NCBI RefSeq assembly: GCF_049446115.1
Contig: NZ_JBMSEC010000004.1
Location: 66,954 to 130,953 of the forward strand
DNA from: Caulobacter sp. KR2-114
GTDB taxonomy: Bacteria > Pseudomonadota > Alphaproteobacteria > Caulobacterales > Caulobacteraceae
DNA length: 64,000 bases
Direction of reading: 5' to 3'
Numbering within the stretch: position 1 is the stretch's first letter; every line of letters starts with the position of its first letter. The notes beneath the pieces were generated by a model. The model did not search any database. It was not told where the DNA came from and saw only the letters and a list, made by a program, of their open reading frames with translations. This document shows, piece by piece, positions 28,277 through 36,962 of this stretch. A program made the translations under genes and the position numbers.

Positions 28277-29821
28277 ATGCCTGAGTTGATTGAACGCCTG
28301 ACCCTGGCCGCTTCCAAGGGCATGACGGCCAGCATCTGGGCCGCCGAAAAGCCCGACGCCATCGCCATTCACGACCCGATCGGGACCCGCACGTTCCGGC
28401 AGGTCAACGAGAACGCCAACCGCATCGTCCGCCTGCTGCGCGCGGCCGGGCTGCAGGCCGGCGACTCCGTCGCCCTGATGACCAGCAACCGGGCGGAGTT
28501 CGTCGAGGTGCTGAACGCCACCCTGCGCGGCGGCTTCCGCATCACGCCGGTGAACTGGCACCTCAATACCGACGAGGTCGAGTACATCATCAACGACTGC
28601 GATGCGAAGGCGCTGATCGCCGAGCCGCGATACAAGTCGGCGCTGGAGGCGAACACCCCCAACGTGGTCGTCAAGCTGTCCGTCGGCGACGACGCCGAGG
28701 GCTTCGTCCCCTACGCCAAGGCCCTGCAGGCGCACGACGCCAGCGACATCGAGGACCCCGAGCTGGGCAGCCAGATGCTGTACACCTCCGGCACCACCGG
28801 CCGGCCGAAGGGGGTCTATCGCAAGGCCAGCGCCGCCCTGCTGCAGATCCAGCTGGGCGCGCCGGACGACGTGCAGCTGTGCGCCGGACCGGCCTACCAC
28901 GCCGCGCCGCTGGCGTTCGACGTGCGCTCGTCGATGACCCAGGGCAACCCGCTGGTGTTCATGGACCGCTGGGACTCCGAGGGCGTGCTGAAGACCATCG
29001 AGCAGTACAAGGTCACGCGGGCCCACCTGGTGCCGATCATGTTCCAGCGCCTGCTGGCCCTGCCGGACGAGGTGCGCCGCAAGTACGACATCTCGTCCCT
29101 GCGCTACATCATCCACGGCGCGGCGCCCTGCCCGCCCGAGGTGAAGAAGGCCATGATCGACTGGGTGGGGCCGATCCTGAACGAATACTACGCCGGCTCG
29201 GAAGGCGGCGCGGGCTTCGTGGTCTCCTCCGAGGAGTGGCTGGCCAAGCCCGGCACCGTCGGCAAGCTGCCGGCCGAGGACGCCCTGAAGATCCTCGACG
29301 ACGAGGGCAACCCGGTGGCCAAGGGCGTCTCCGGCACCCTGTACTTCAAGGTCTCGCCGGTGGCGCCGTTCGAATACTACAAGGACCCGGCCAAGACCGC
29401 CGCGGCGCACCGCGACGGCTACTTCACCCTGGGCGACGTCGGCTACCTGGACGAGGACAACTACCTGTTCCTCACCGGCCGCAACGCCGAGACCATCATC
29501 TCCGGCGGGGTGAACATCTATCCGCAGGAGATCGACAACGAGATCATCAAGCATCCCGCGGTCGAGGACAGCTGCTGCATCGGCGCGCCCAACGACGAGT
29601 GGGGCGAGGAGGTCAAGGCGGTGATCACCCTGAACCCGGGGTACGAGCCTTCCGAGGCCCTGGGCAAGGAAATCATCGCCTTCGCCCGCCAGCACCTGGC
29701 CGGCTACAAGGTCCCCAAGACCGTGGACTTCGTCGACGAACTGCCCCGCAGCCCCGCCGGCAAGATCCAGCGTGGCAAGGTGCGCAAGCCCTACTGGGCG
29801 GGAAGGGCGCGGGAGATCTAG
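28277..29821 (+). CDS. AMP-dependent acyl-CoA synthetase/ligase
   Basis: AMP-binding motif YTSGTTGRPKGV plus the C-terminal …PRSPAGKIQR motif. Confidence 0.85.
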   Translation: MPELIERLTLAASKGMTASIWAAEKPDAIAIHDPIGTRTFRQVNENANRIVRLLRAAGLQAGDSVALMTSNRAEFVEVLNATLRGGFRITPVNWHLNTDEVEYIINDCDAKALIAEPRYKSALEANTPNVVVKLSVGDDAEGFVPYAKALQAHDASDIEDPELGSQMLYTSGTTGRPKGVYRKASAALLQIQLGAPDDVQLCAGPAYHAAPLAFDVRSSMTQGNPLVFMDRWDSEGVLKTIEQYKVTRAHLVPIMFQRLLALPDEVRRKYDISSLRYIIHGAAPCPPEVKKAMIDWVGPILNEYYAGSEGGAGFVVSSEEWLAKPGTVGKLPAEDALKILDDEGNPVAKGVSGTLYFKVSPVAPFEYYKDPAKTAAAHRDGYFTLGDVGYLDEDNYLFLTGRNAETIISGGVNIYPQEIDNEIIKHPAVEDSCCIGAPNDEWGEEVKAVITLNPGYEPSEALGKEIIAFARQHLAGYKVPKTVDFVDELPRSPAGKIQRGKVRKPYWAGRAREI

Positions 29822-29824
29822 GGG

Positions 29825-29975
29825 CGGGGGCTCCAATCTGGGGCCCCCTTCCCCGGCTTCGCCGGTACTTCCCCCAGAGGGGGAAGAGAATTGGCGCTCG
29901 AGCCCCGCACATCCGTTCTCTTCCCCCCTTGGGGGAAGTCCGGCCGAAGGCCGGGATGGGGGCTCCAGCGGAGCG
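29825..29975. repeat. Composite palindromic intergenic repeat, copy 1 (head-to-head arrangement)
   Basis: ggggcccccttccccggcttcgccggtacttcccccagagggggaagaga…tctcttcccccttgggggaagtccggccgaaggccgggatgggggctccagcggag. Nested hairpins ccggcTTCGccgg and cttcccccAGAgggggaag. Confidence 0.8.
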
Positions 29976-30764
29976 CTAACCCAACCCCGCCAGGAACCGT
30001 TCGATCGCCGGGTTGACCACCTGCGGGTGGGTGAGGTTGGCGGCGTGGCCGGCGCCGGGGACCACCACCAGCTGGGCGTCGGGCAGGCCCGCCGTCAGGG
30101 TCTTCGCCAAGTCCAGCGAGATGGCGGCGTCGGCGTCGCCGTGCACCACCAGGGCCGGGACCTTGATCTCGCCCAGCCGCGGGGTGATGTCGTCGCGGCT
30201 GGCCAGGGTCTGCATGCAGCCCAGCACGTTGACCGGCTTGATGGTCTTCCACTTCGCCTTCCAGGCCGGGGCGCCCGCCCAGCCCTCGCCCAGAATGATG
30301 TGCTCGATGATGCCGGCCATCTCGTCCGAAAGGCCCTGCGTCGCCCAGGTGTTGGCGAGCTGCATATGCCCCTCCAGGGCGTTGGGGTCCTCCTGGCCGG
30401 CCTGGGTGTCGATCAGCACCAGGGCGCGGACGATCTGCGGATGCGTCAGCGCGCAGCGCAGCGACAGGAAGCCGCCCTGGCTCATGCCCGCCAGCACCGC
30501 CCGCTCGATGCCAAGGTGCTTCAGCAGCGCCGCCAGGTCGTCGGCGGAGTCGTAGTAGCTGAACGGCGCCAGGGTGTCCGAGGCTGTGCCGGCATGGCCG
30601 CGCTCGTCCCAGGTGATGCAGCGCCAGCGCCCCTTCAGCGCCTCGACCTGCGGCGCGAACATCGCGTGGTCCATGAACAGGCCGTGCGAGAAGATGATCG
30701 CCGGACCCGTCCCGCCGGTGTCCTCGTAGTAGATGTTCTGGCCGTTGACCGCGGCGATGGGCAT
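29976..30764 (-). CDS. Alpha/beta hydrolase
   Basis: Nucleophile elbow GMSQGG and an alpha/beta-hydrolase fold (HG…D…H). Flanked on both sides by copies 1 and 2 of the repeat. Confidence 0.85.
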   Translation of the reverse strand: MPIAAVNGQNIYYEDTGGTGPAIIFSHGLFMDHAMFAPQVEALKGRWRCITWDERGHAGTASDTLAPFSYYDSADDLAALLKHLGIERAVLAGMSQGGFLSLRCALTHPQIVRALVLIDTQAGQEDPNALEGHMQLANTWATQGLSDEMAGIIEHIILGEGWAGAPAWKAKWKTIKPVNVLGCMQTLASRDDITPRLGEIKVPALVVHGDADAAISLDLAKTLTAGLPDAQLVVVPGAGHAANLTHPQVVNPAIERFLAGLG

Positions 30765-30835
30765 GGAACGCCTCCCCTGTTCTGATTGGCGCGCAGTTGT
30801 GCACGGGGATGGCGCAAGGAAAAGGGGCCCCAGCC

Positions 30836-30975
30836 AAGCTGGAGCCCCCTTCCCCGGCTTCGCCGGGACTTCCCCCAGAGGGGGAAGAGAAGCCGCCTCT
30901 GAGCCGACTGCCGTTCTCTTCCCCCATTGGGGGAAGTACGGCCGAAGGCCGGGATGGGGGCTCCAGCGGAGAACC
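30836..30975. repeat. Composite palindromic intergenic repeat, copy 2 (head-to-head arrangement)
   Basis: Near-identical to copy 1 (ggagcccccttccccggcttcgccgggacttcccccagagggggaagaga…tctcttcccccattgggggaagtacggccgaaggccgggatgggggctccagcggag). Confidence 0.8.
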
Positions 30976-30992
30976 GCCGGAGCCCTTGCCCG

Positions 30993-33008
30993 CTAGGCGT
31001 CTTCCTTCTCGGGTTCGGCCGCGGGCGGTTCGGAGAGGCCAAGCGGCAGGTCGAGCTTCTCGGCCATCAGCAGGGTCATCAGCGCCTGCAGCACGCCGCC
31101 GGACGCCCCCCCGCCATTGGCGCCGCCGGCGATCTGAACCTTGGGCACCACGTCGACGCCGCTGGTCTCCAGGGCCTCGGCGAAGCGCTCGGCGACCTGG
31201 CGGGCCAGCTGGAAGCGGGGACCGCCGGACGCGGCGACCTGGCTTTCGATGGCCTCGGCCTGGGCCAGGCCCACCTTGGTCACGCGCTCGGCCTCGGCGG
31301 CGGCCAGGGCCACGACCTTCTTGGCCTCGCCCTCGCCCAGGAAGCGGATGCGGTCGGCCTCGGCCTTGGCCAGGGTGCGGGTCTGCTCGGCCTCCTGTTC
31401 CGAGCGGGCGAGGTTCGCCCGGCCGGCGTTCTGCTGCACCTGGATCGACAGCTGCGACTCGGTGATCGCGGTCTGTTGCTTGGCGAAGGCCTCCGCCTCG
31501 CGCAGCTCGCGTTCCTTCTGCGCGGCCAGCTTCTGGCGCTCATAGGTGCCCACCTGCTCGTCGGCGATCTGCCGCTGGCGTAGCTGGGTCAGGATGCGCT
31601 CGATCTGGTCGTCGCCGGCCGCGTTGGGCCGCGGGGTGCCGATCAGCACCTCCTGGAGCTCCAGGTTGTAGACCCCGAACTTGGTCTTCATCTCCTGCGA
31701 CGACAGCGACTGGATCTCGCTGCGGTCCTGCAGCAGCTCGATCAGGGTGCGCGTCTGGCCGATGTTCTTGAAATAGGCGCTGACCATGGGATCGAGCGTC
31801 TGCTCCACCAGCTTCTTGATGTCGCCGAAGCGCTGGATCACCAGCGGCGCCTTGCGGTAGTCGATGTGCACCACCACCGAGACCGGCAGGGTCGGCTCGA
31901 AGGCGTCCTTGGTGATCAGCGACACCTCGGCCAGGTTCTCGTCGAACTTGTGCGAGCCGATGGCGTTGCTCTCCCACTTCAGGATGAAGTTGGTGGTCGG
32001 CACCATGGTCACGCGGCCGGCGTAGGTGTTGAAGGCGTACTTGCCGGGCAGCAGCGGGTCGCACCAGACGCCGCGACGGCCGTTCTCCACCAGCTCCCCG
32101 TGGCGGTAGCTCTCGCCCGAGGTGTCGACGCCGGCGTCGCCGGTATAGGACACCACCACCCCGACCTGGCCGACCTCGACCACGGTCTTGGGGATCCGCT
32201 CGACGGTCGCGAACAGGCGGTTGATATAATAGGTGCCCTCGACCAGCACCTGCAGCTGGCGGCCCTTCTGACCACCCGCCGCCAGGAACTTGCTGGGGTC
32301 CTGGAAGCTGTTGTGGAAGGTCGCCGTGTCGGCCGGATCGACGCCCACGGTCGGGGCGATGATGTCGCCCGACGCCAGGCCGGGGCCGTCGTGCACGGTG
32401 ACCACGCCGATCTGGTCGTCGGCGTCCTTGATCACCACCGGCTCGAAGCCGTCGCGCGCGGCGATCACCTCGGCCATCTGGTCCAGCAGCGCCGAGTCGG
32501 CGCCGTCCAGGCGCAGGGCGAAGGTCTGGTCGCGGGTGACCACCACGAACTGGGCCAGGTTGATGGCGTACGAGCCCTCGCGCAGGATCTTGCGCTGCGG
32601 GCCCTTCTGGCCGCCGCTCTCCAGGAACCGGCGGGTGTCCTGGAAGTCCACGTCGTCAGGGTTGGCGGCCAGCGTCTGGTCCGCGTTCAGCGGCAGGCCG
32701 CCGCGCGCGAACACATAGCCGATCCGCCCCTGCGGGATGGTCACCAGGGGCTGCACATGCAGCCGGAACTGGAACGGAAAGAAGAAGTGCAGGCCGCCGC
32801 GCAGCACGTCGGGCTGAAAGCCGGCCTCGTCCTTCAGGGCGATGATGCCGGATCGGATCGAACCGGCGGGGCTCCACAGCTTCTCGACCACCGCCACACG
32901 GCTGTTGCCGATGTAGCGGACCATGCCGGAACTGGCGAACAGCACCAGCAGCAGAACGACAAGCACGATCGCGCCCAGCCAGGGCGCGATACTTATGACT
33001 TCGGGCAT
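30993..33008 (-). CDS. Flotillin-like SPFH/band-7 protein (YqiK family)
   Basis: N-terminal TM, SPFH domain, long coiled-coil Ala/Glu/Gln-rich region (…QKLAAQKERELREAEAFAKQQTA…). Confidence 0.85.
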   Translation of the reverse strand: MPEVISIAPWLGAIVLVVLLLVLFASSGMVRYIGNSRVAVVEKLWSPAGSIRSGIIALKDEAGFQPDVLRGGLHFFFPFQFRLHVQPLVTIPQGRIGYVFARGGLPLNADQTLAANPDDVDFQDTRRFLESGGQKGPQRKILREGSYAINLAQFVVVTRDQTFALRLDGADSALLDQMAEVIAARDGFEPVVIKDADDQIGVVTVHDGPGLASGDIIAPTVGVDPADTATFHNSFQDPSKFLAAGGQKGRQLQVLVEGTYYINRLFATVERIPKTVVEVGQVGVVVSYTGDAGVDTSGESYRHGELVENGRRGVWCDPLLPGKYAFNTYAGRVTMVPTTNFILKWESNAIGSHKFDENLAEVSLITKDAFEPTLPVSVVVHIDYRKAPLVIQRFGDIKKLVEQTLDPMVSAYFKNIGQTRTLIELLQDRSEIQSLSSQEMKTKFGVYNLELQEVLIGTPRPNAAGDDQIERILTQLRQRQIADEQVGTYERQKLAAQKERELREAEAFAKQQTAITESQLSIQVQQNAGRANLARSEQEAEQTRTLAKAEADRIRFLGEGEAKKVVALAAAEAERVTKVGLAQAEAIESQVAASGGPRFQLARQVAERFAEALETSGVDVVPKVQIAGGANGGGASGGVLQALMTLLMAEKLDLPLGLSEPPAAEPEKEDA

Positions 33009-33149
33009 TGGACCCTCCAGGTGCGCTGGGGGTCGCCCTCGCGGCCCCGCTCAGGAAGCGCAACCAGAGCTATAGATAAGCTTGGCCCTAGACCAGCGTT
33101 AGCCCCGCAAGGCCCGGCGCACGGAAAAATCGAACATCGGTCGCCGAAC

Positions 33150-33878
33150 CTAGGGCCCGATGAAGGTCGCCTGGTCCAGGCCAGCGGCGCCGCCGGCCTG
33201 CCGGCGTCCGAACACCCAGGCGCCGTCCACGTTCAGCGCCAGCACCGGGAAGTAGCGATCGGTGTGACCGGGGGCGAGCGGCGCGTCGTGGCGCGAATCC
33301 AGCACGTAGGCGTCAGGCCCGTCGCGCACCACCAGCAGGGCGTCGTCGGCTTCGCGCGCCCAGTCGCGCACCAGCACCACGAACAGGTCACGCCGCGGCG
33401 TGCCGCACGCGGCCAGCAGCTGCAGCTTGGCGATGGCGATGTCGGTGTGCTCGCCGCTGCCGCGCGCCAGGCTCCTGGCCAGGGTTCCCCAGTGCTTGGA
33501 CAGGGTCGGGTCGGGGGCATAGGGGATGTGGGCGTTGACCCAGGCGTTGGCGCCGGCGACCCGCTCGCGCAGCGGCAGGCTGGCGAGCCTGGCGACCGCC
33601 CGATCGAAGTCGGCGTCGCCCGTCGGCAGGGCGCTGTTGGAGGCTTCGCGCCAGACACTGTCGTAGATCGTCTGCCCCAGCCGCACGCCGGTCAGGCCGA
33701 ACAGGTCCGGCGGCGCGTTCGTCGGCGCCGGCGCCGCCAGCAGGCTGTCGAGCAGCCGGTCCAGCAGGGCCTCGTCAGGCCCGTCGGTGGCGCAGGCCTG
33801 GGACGCGCCGACCAGCACGGCCAGTCCCGCAGCGGCGCCCAAGGCCGCACGGGCCAGGCGATATCCAGCAAAGCGCAA
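33150..33878 (-). CDS. Secreted BTLCP-like (bacterial transglutaminase-like cysteine peptidase family) protein with apparently substituted catalytic residues
   Basis: Signal peptide. The …GSGEHTDIAIAKLQLLAACG…LFVVLVRD…DDALLVVRDGPDAYVLDSR block aligns to the BTLCP G-D-C-E-D-Y-A…G-H-A-V-L…L-D-N-R core as recalled from memory, with Cys→His and His→Asp. Confidence 0.45.
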   Translation of the reverse strand: MRFAGYRLARAALGAAAGLAVLVGASQACATDGPDEALLDRLLDSLLAAPAPTNAPPDLFGLTGVRLGQTIYDSVWREASNSALPTGDADFDRAVARLASLPLRERVAGANAWVNAHIPYAPDPTLSKHWGTLARSLARGSGEHTDIAIAKLQLLAACGTPRRDLFVVLVRDWAREADDALLVVRDGPDAYVLDSRHDAPLAPGHTDRYFPVLALNVDGAWVFGRRQAGGAAGLDQATFIGP

Positions 33879-33994
33879 TGAAGCCCCCCGGACTGATTCC
33901 CATCAGTTCGGACCCAGAGGGCTGAAAATTCATGAACTTGCGGCGGCCAAACGAAGTCGGAAATGAGTCCGGGCCCGCGGCAGGCTGTCGCGCC

Positions 33995-34756
33995 TCAGCC
34001 CTTGAAGCCGTCCTTGGCCGCCCGCACCGCGCCGAACGCCTCGAAGTCCGGCGCGCCGGCCTTGCCCACCCGCCCGGCCAGGGCGGGCGCGCGCAGGAAC
34101 GGGTTGGTGGCCTTCTCCAGGGCGATGGTGGTGGGCACGGTGGGCTCGCCGCGCTCGCGGGCGGCGAACACCGCGTCGGCCCGCGCCTTCAGCGCCGGGC
34201 CGTCGTCCACCGACAGGGCGAAGCGGGCGTTCGAGGCCGTGTACTCGTGGGCGCAGTAGACGCGGGTGTCGTCCGGCAGGGCGGCCAGCTTCTGCAGGCT
34301 GGTCCACATCTGTTCGGCCGTGCCTTCGAACAGCCGCCCGCAGCCCAGGGCGAACAGGGTGTCGCCGACGAAGGCGACGTGGTCCGCCGCGTCGAAATAG
34401 GAGATGTGGCCCAGGGTGTGCCCGCCGGTCTCCAGCACCGCGAACCGGGTCTCGCCCAGCTCGACGACGTCGCCCTGGCCCACCTGGCGGTCCAGCGGAG
34501 CGATGCGGGTGACCTCGCCCGGGCCGACGATGGTGGCGCCGGTGGCCGCCTTGATCTCCGCGTTTCCGCCCGCATGGTCGGCATGCCAGTGGGTGTTGAG
34601 GATCAGGTCCAGGCCCCAGCCCAGCGTCTTCAGCTCCGCCAGGATCGCGGCGGCGTCGGGGGTGTCCACGGTGGCGGTCTTGCCGGTCGCCTCGTCGCGG
34701 ATCAGGAAGCCGTAGTTGTCCGACAGGCAGGGGAACTGGTGGACGGTGAGAGGCAT
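33995..34756 (-). CDS. gloB: Hydroxyacylglutathione hydrolase (glyoxalase II)
   Basis: Metallo-beta-lactamase motif THWHADHAGG. GloB-type length (253 aa). The longer ORF in the track is a frame artefact. Confidence 0.9.
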   Translation of the reverse strand: MPLTVHQFPCLSDNYGFLIRDEATGKTATVDTPDAAAILAELKTLGWGLDLILNTHWHADHAGGNAEIKAATGATIVGPGEVTRIAPLDRQVGQGDVVELGETRFAVLETGGHTLGHISYFDAADHVAFVGDTLFALGCGRLFEGTAEQMWTSLQKLAALPDDTRVYCAHEYTASNARFALSVDDGPALKARADAVFAARERGEPTVPTTIALEKATNPFLRAPALAGRVGKAGAPDFEAFGAVRAAKDGFKG

Positions 34757-34837
34757 GCAAAACGCTCCGGCAGGGCGGGGAGAGGACAAAAGGACCGCGG
34801 CGACCTTACATTGAAGCCGAATCGAAACGGAGCCCCG

Positions 34838-35680
34838 ATGCGCCAGGGCGTGCTTCAGTTGCGAGAATTCTACGCCTCCCCGCTCGGCCGCGCCGCCCGG
34901 ACCATGGTCGCGCGCAAGGTCAACGAGGCCTGGGAGACCGCCAACGGCCTGGACGTGCTGGCCCTGGGCTACGCCACGCCGTTCCTCGACAGCGTCAGCC
35001 GCGGCGCGCGGCGGGCGGTCGCCGCGATGCCGGCGGGCCAGGGCGTGGAAGCCTGGCCGATGGGCGAGCGCAACCTCGCCTGCCTGGTGGACGAGACCAC
35101 CCTGCCCTTCCAGCCGTCGCTGTTCGACCGCGTGCTGGCGGTGCATGCCCTGGAAGAGGCCGACAATCCCCTGGCCCTGCTGCGGGACGTCAACCGCGTG
35201 CTGGCCCCGTCGGGCCGGGCGATCCTGGTGGTCACCGCCCGCCACGGCCTGTGGGCCGACGCCGAGGCCACCCCCTTCGGCCAGGGCCGTCCCTACAGCC
35301 GCCGCCAGCTGGAGACCCTGGTTCGCGAAGCGGACCTCGAGCCCACCGGCTGGACGCGGGCGCTCTACGCCCCGCCCTTCGGCTGGGCCGCGCGCTGGGC
35401 GGAGGGCTTCGAACAGGCCGGCGCCCTGCTGTGGCCGCCGTTCGCCGGGCTGATCCTGCTGGAAGCCGTCAAGCAGACTTTCGCGGTGCGGCCGAAGGGG
35501 GCGAAGGTCCGCGCCCGCGCGCCGGCGCCCGGGGTGCTGCAGCCGGCCACCCGCGGCCGCGCCCTCTCCGGCATCGCCACTTCGGGCGCCATTTCTTCAG
35601 GCGCCGGAACGAACGGCTACGGTGAGGCGCTTGGAGGCGGGTCGGTTTTGGTCCAACTTCACGGTCGCCGGGCCGAGTAG
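34838..35680 (+). CDS. Methyltransferase-domain protein (class I SAM MTase-like), divergent from gloB
   Basis: …LDVLALGYATPFL…RVLAVHALEEADNPLALLRDVNRVLAPSGRAILVV… is a Methyltransf_11-like core. The C-terminal ~60 aa is Gly/Ala-rich, so the stop is uncertain. Confidence 0.6.
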   Translation: MRQGVLQLREFYASPLGRAARTMVARKVNEAWETANGLDVLALGYATPFLDSVSRGARRAVAAMPAGQGVEAWPMGERNLACLVDETTLPFQPSLFDRVLAVHALEEADNPLALLRDVNRVLAPSGRAILVVTARHGLWADAEATPFGQGRPYSRRQLETLVREADLEPTGWTRALYAPPFGWAARWAEGFEQAGALLWPPFAGLILLEAVKQTFAVRPKGAKVRARAPAPGVLQPATRGRALSGIATSGAISSGAGTNGYGEALGGGSVLVQLHGRRAE

Positions 35681-35691
35681 AGGTTTCCCCA

Positions 35692-36035
35692 TGAAAATGA
35701 TCACCGCCGTCATCAAGCCCAGCCGCCTCGACGCGGTCCTGGAAGCCGTCACCGAGGCGGGCGCCTCCGGGCTGACGGTGACCGAGGTGCGCGGCTATGG
35801 CCGCCAGAAGGGCAAGACGGAGGTCTACCGCGGCGCCGAGTACGAGGTGAAGCTGCTGCCCAAGGTGAAGCTGGAGATCGCCGTGCCGTCCGACATCGTC
35901 ACCGCCGTGGTGGAGGCGATCAGCGCCTCGGCCAACACCGGCAAGATCGGCGACGGCAAGATCTTCGTCATGGACCTGGAAAACGCCATCCGCATACGCA
36001 CCGGCGAACTGGACGCCGCCGCGATCAGCGGGTGA
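35692..36035 (+). CDS. glnB: Nitrogen regulatory protein P-II
   Basis: MKMITAVIKPSRLDAVLEAVTEAGASGLTVTEVRGYGRQKG…, T-loop RGYGRQKG. About 112 aa. Confidence 0.85.
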
Positions 36036-36087
36036 GGTCTTTGGGGCGACCGAGGCGGCGTAGCAGGTGTCGTCCGGGCAACAGCGC

Positions 36088-36232
36088 CGCTTCTCTTCCC
36101 CCACTGGGGGAAGTACCCGCGAAGCGGGGGTAGGGGGTTCCAGCGGAGAGCGGACGCTCGCCCAGGGGCTGGCGCACGGGAGCCCCCATCCCGGCCTTCG
36201 GCCGTACTTCCCCCAGTGGGGGAAGAGGATCG
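36088..36232. repeat. Composite palindromic intergenic repeat, copy 3 (tail-to-tail arrangement)
   Basis: tctcttcccccactgggggaagtacccgcgaagcgggggtagggggttccagcggag…gggagcccccatcccggccttcggccgtacttcccccagtgggggaagag. The two half-units are swapped relative to copies 1, 2 and 4. Confidence 0.8.
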
Positions 36233-36256
36233 GGGCGCAGGGCCGCCTCCGCAGAT

Positions 36257-36928
36257 CTACCCGAACAAGTCCGCCTTCGCCGGCGCCGCGGCCGCTGGGG
36301 CCGCGCCGTCACGGCGGCTGAGCAGGAACAGGCCGGCTTCCGAGCGCCAGTTCTCGATCGGCCGCGAGGGATCGATCGGCCGCGCCGGACGGCCGGCCGA
36401 CAGCCGCGCCGCCGCGTCGATGCGCAGGCCGAGGTCGTCGCACAGGGCGGTGAAGTCGCGCAGGGTGCACAGGTGGATATTCGGCGTCGACCACCAGGGC
36501 TCGGGCAGCGAGCCGGTCATCGGCATGCGGCCGTGCAGCAGCAGGTCCAGCCGCACGCGCCAGTGGCCGAAGTTCGGCAGCGAGACGATCGCCTGGCCGC
36601 CGATGCGCAGCAGTTCGCCCAGCACATGCCGCGGGTTCAGCACCGCCTGCAGGGTCTGCGACAGGATCACATAGTCGAAGGCCTGGGCCGGGAACGAGTC
36701 CAGGTCGCGGTCGGCATCGCCCTGCACCACCGCCAGGCCGCGGGCGAGGCAGGCCGAGACGTTCTGGGGGCTGATCTCCAGGCCGCGGCCGTCGACGTCC
36801 TTCTCGCGCGCCAGCAGTTCCAGCAGGTCGCCATCCTCGCAGCCGATGTCCAGCACGCGCGCGCCGGGGCGCACCAGGCGCAGGATCTCCTGGAAGTCCT
36901 CGCGGACCGGTCCCGTGTTCACGCCCAA
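36257..36928 (-). CDS. metW: Methionine biosynthesis protein MetW
   Basis: VLDIGCEDGDLLELL and the metW-typical C-terminus. Lies immediately downstream of metX. Confidence 0.9.
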   Translation of the reverse strand: MGVNTGPVREDFQEILRLVRPGARVLDIGCEDGDLLELLAREKDVDGRGLEISPQNVSACLARGLAVVQGDADRDLDSFPAQAFDYVILSQTLQAVLNPRHVLGELLRIGGQAIVSLPNFGHWRVRLDLLLHGRMPMTGSLPEPWWSTPNIHLCTLRDFTALCDDLGLRIDAAARLSAGRPARPIDPSRPIENWRSEAGLFLLSRRDGAAPAAAAPAKADLFG

Positions 36929-36962
36929 GCCCTCACCTCAGGAACCCTCACGTCAGGGGCCC

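Noticed and set aside
29772-31042. Multiple ORFs encoding recurring peptides such as LPPLGEVPAKPGMGAPAE / FPGFAGTSPRGGR near gene ends
   Set aside because: These are translations of the palindromic repeat copies in various frames, not conserved proteins. The same pseudo-peptide recurs wherever the element occurs (copies 1-5).
33932-35680. 582-aa plus-strand ORF and 416-aa minus ORF around gloB
   Set aside because: Each is a fusion of antisense junk with a real gene (the methyltransferase from 34838; gloB from 34756).
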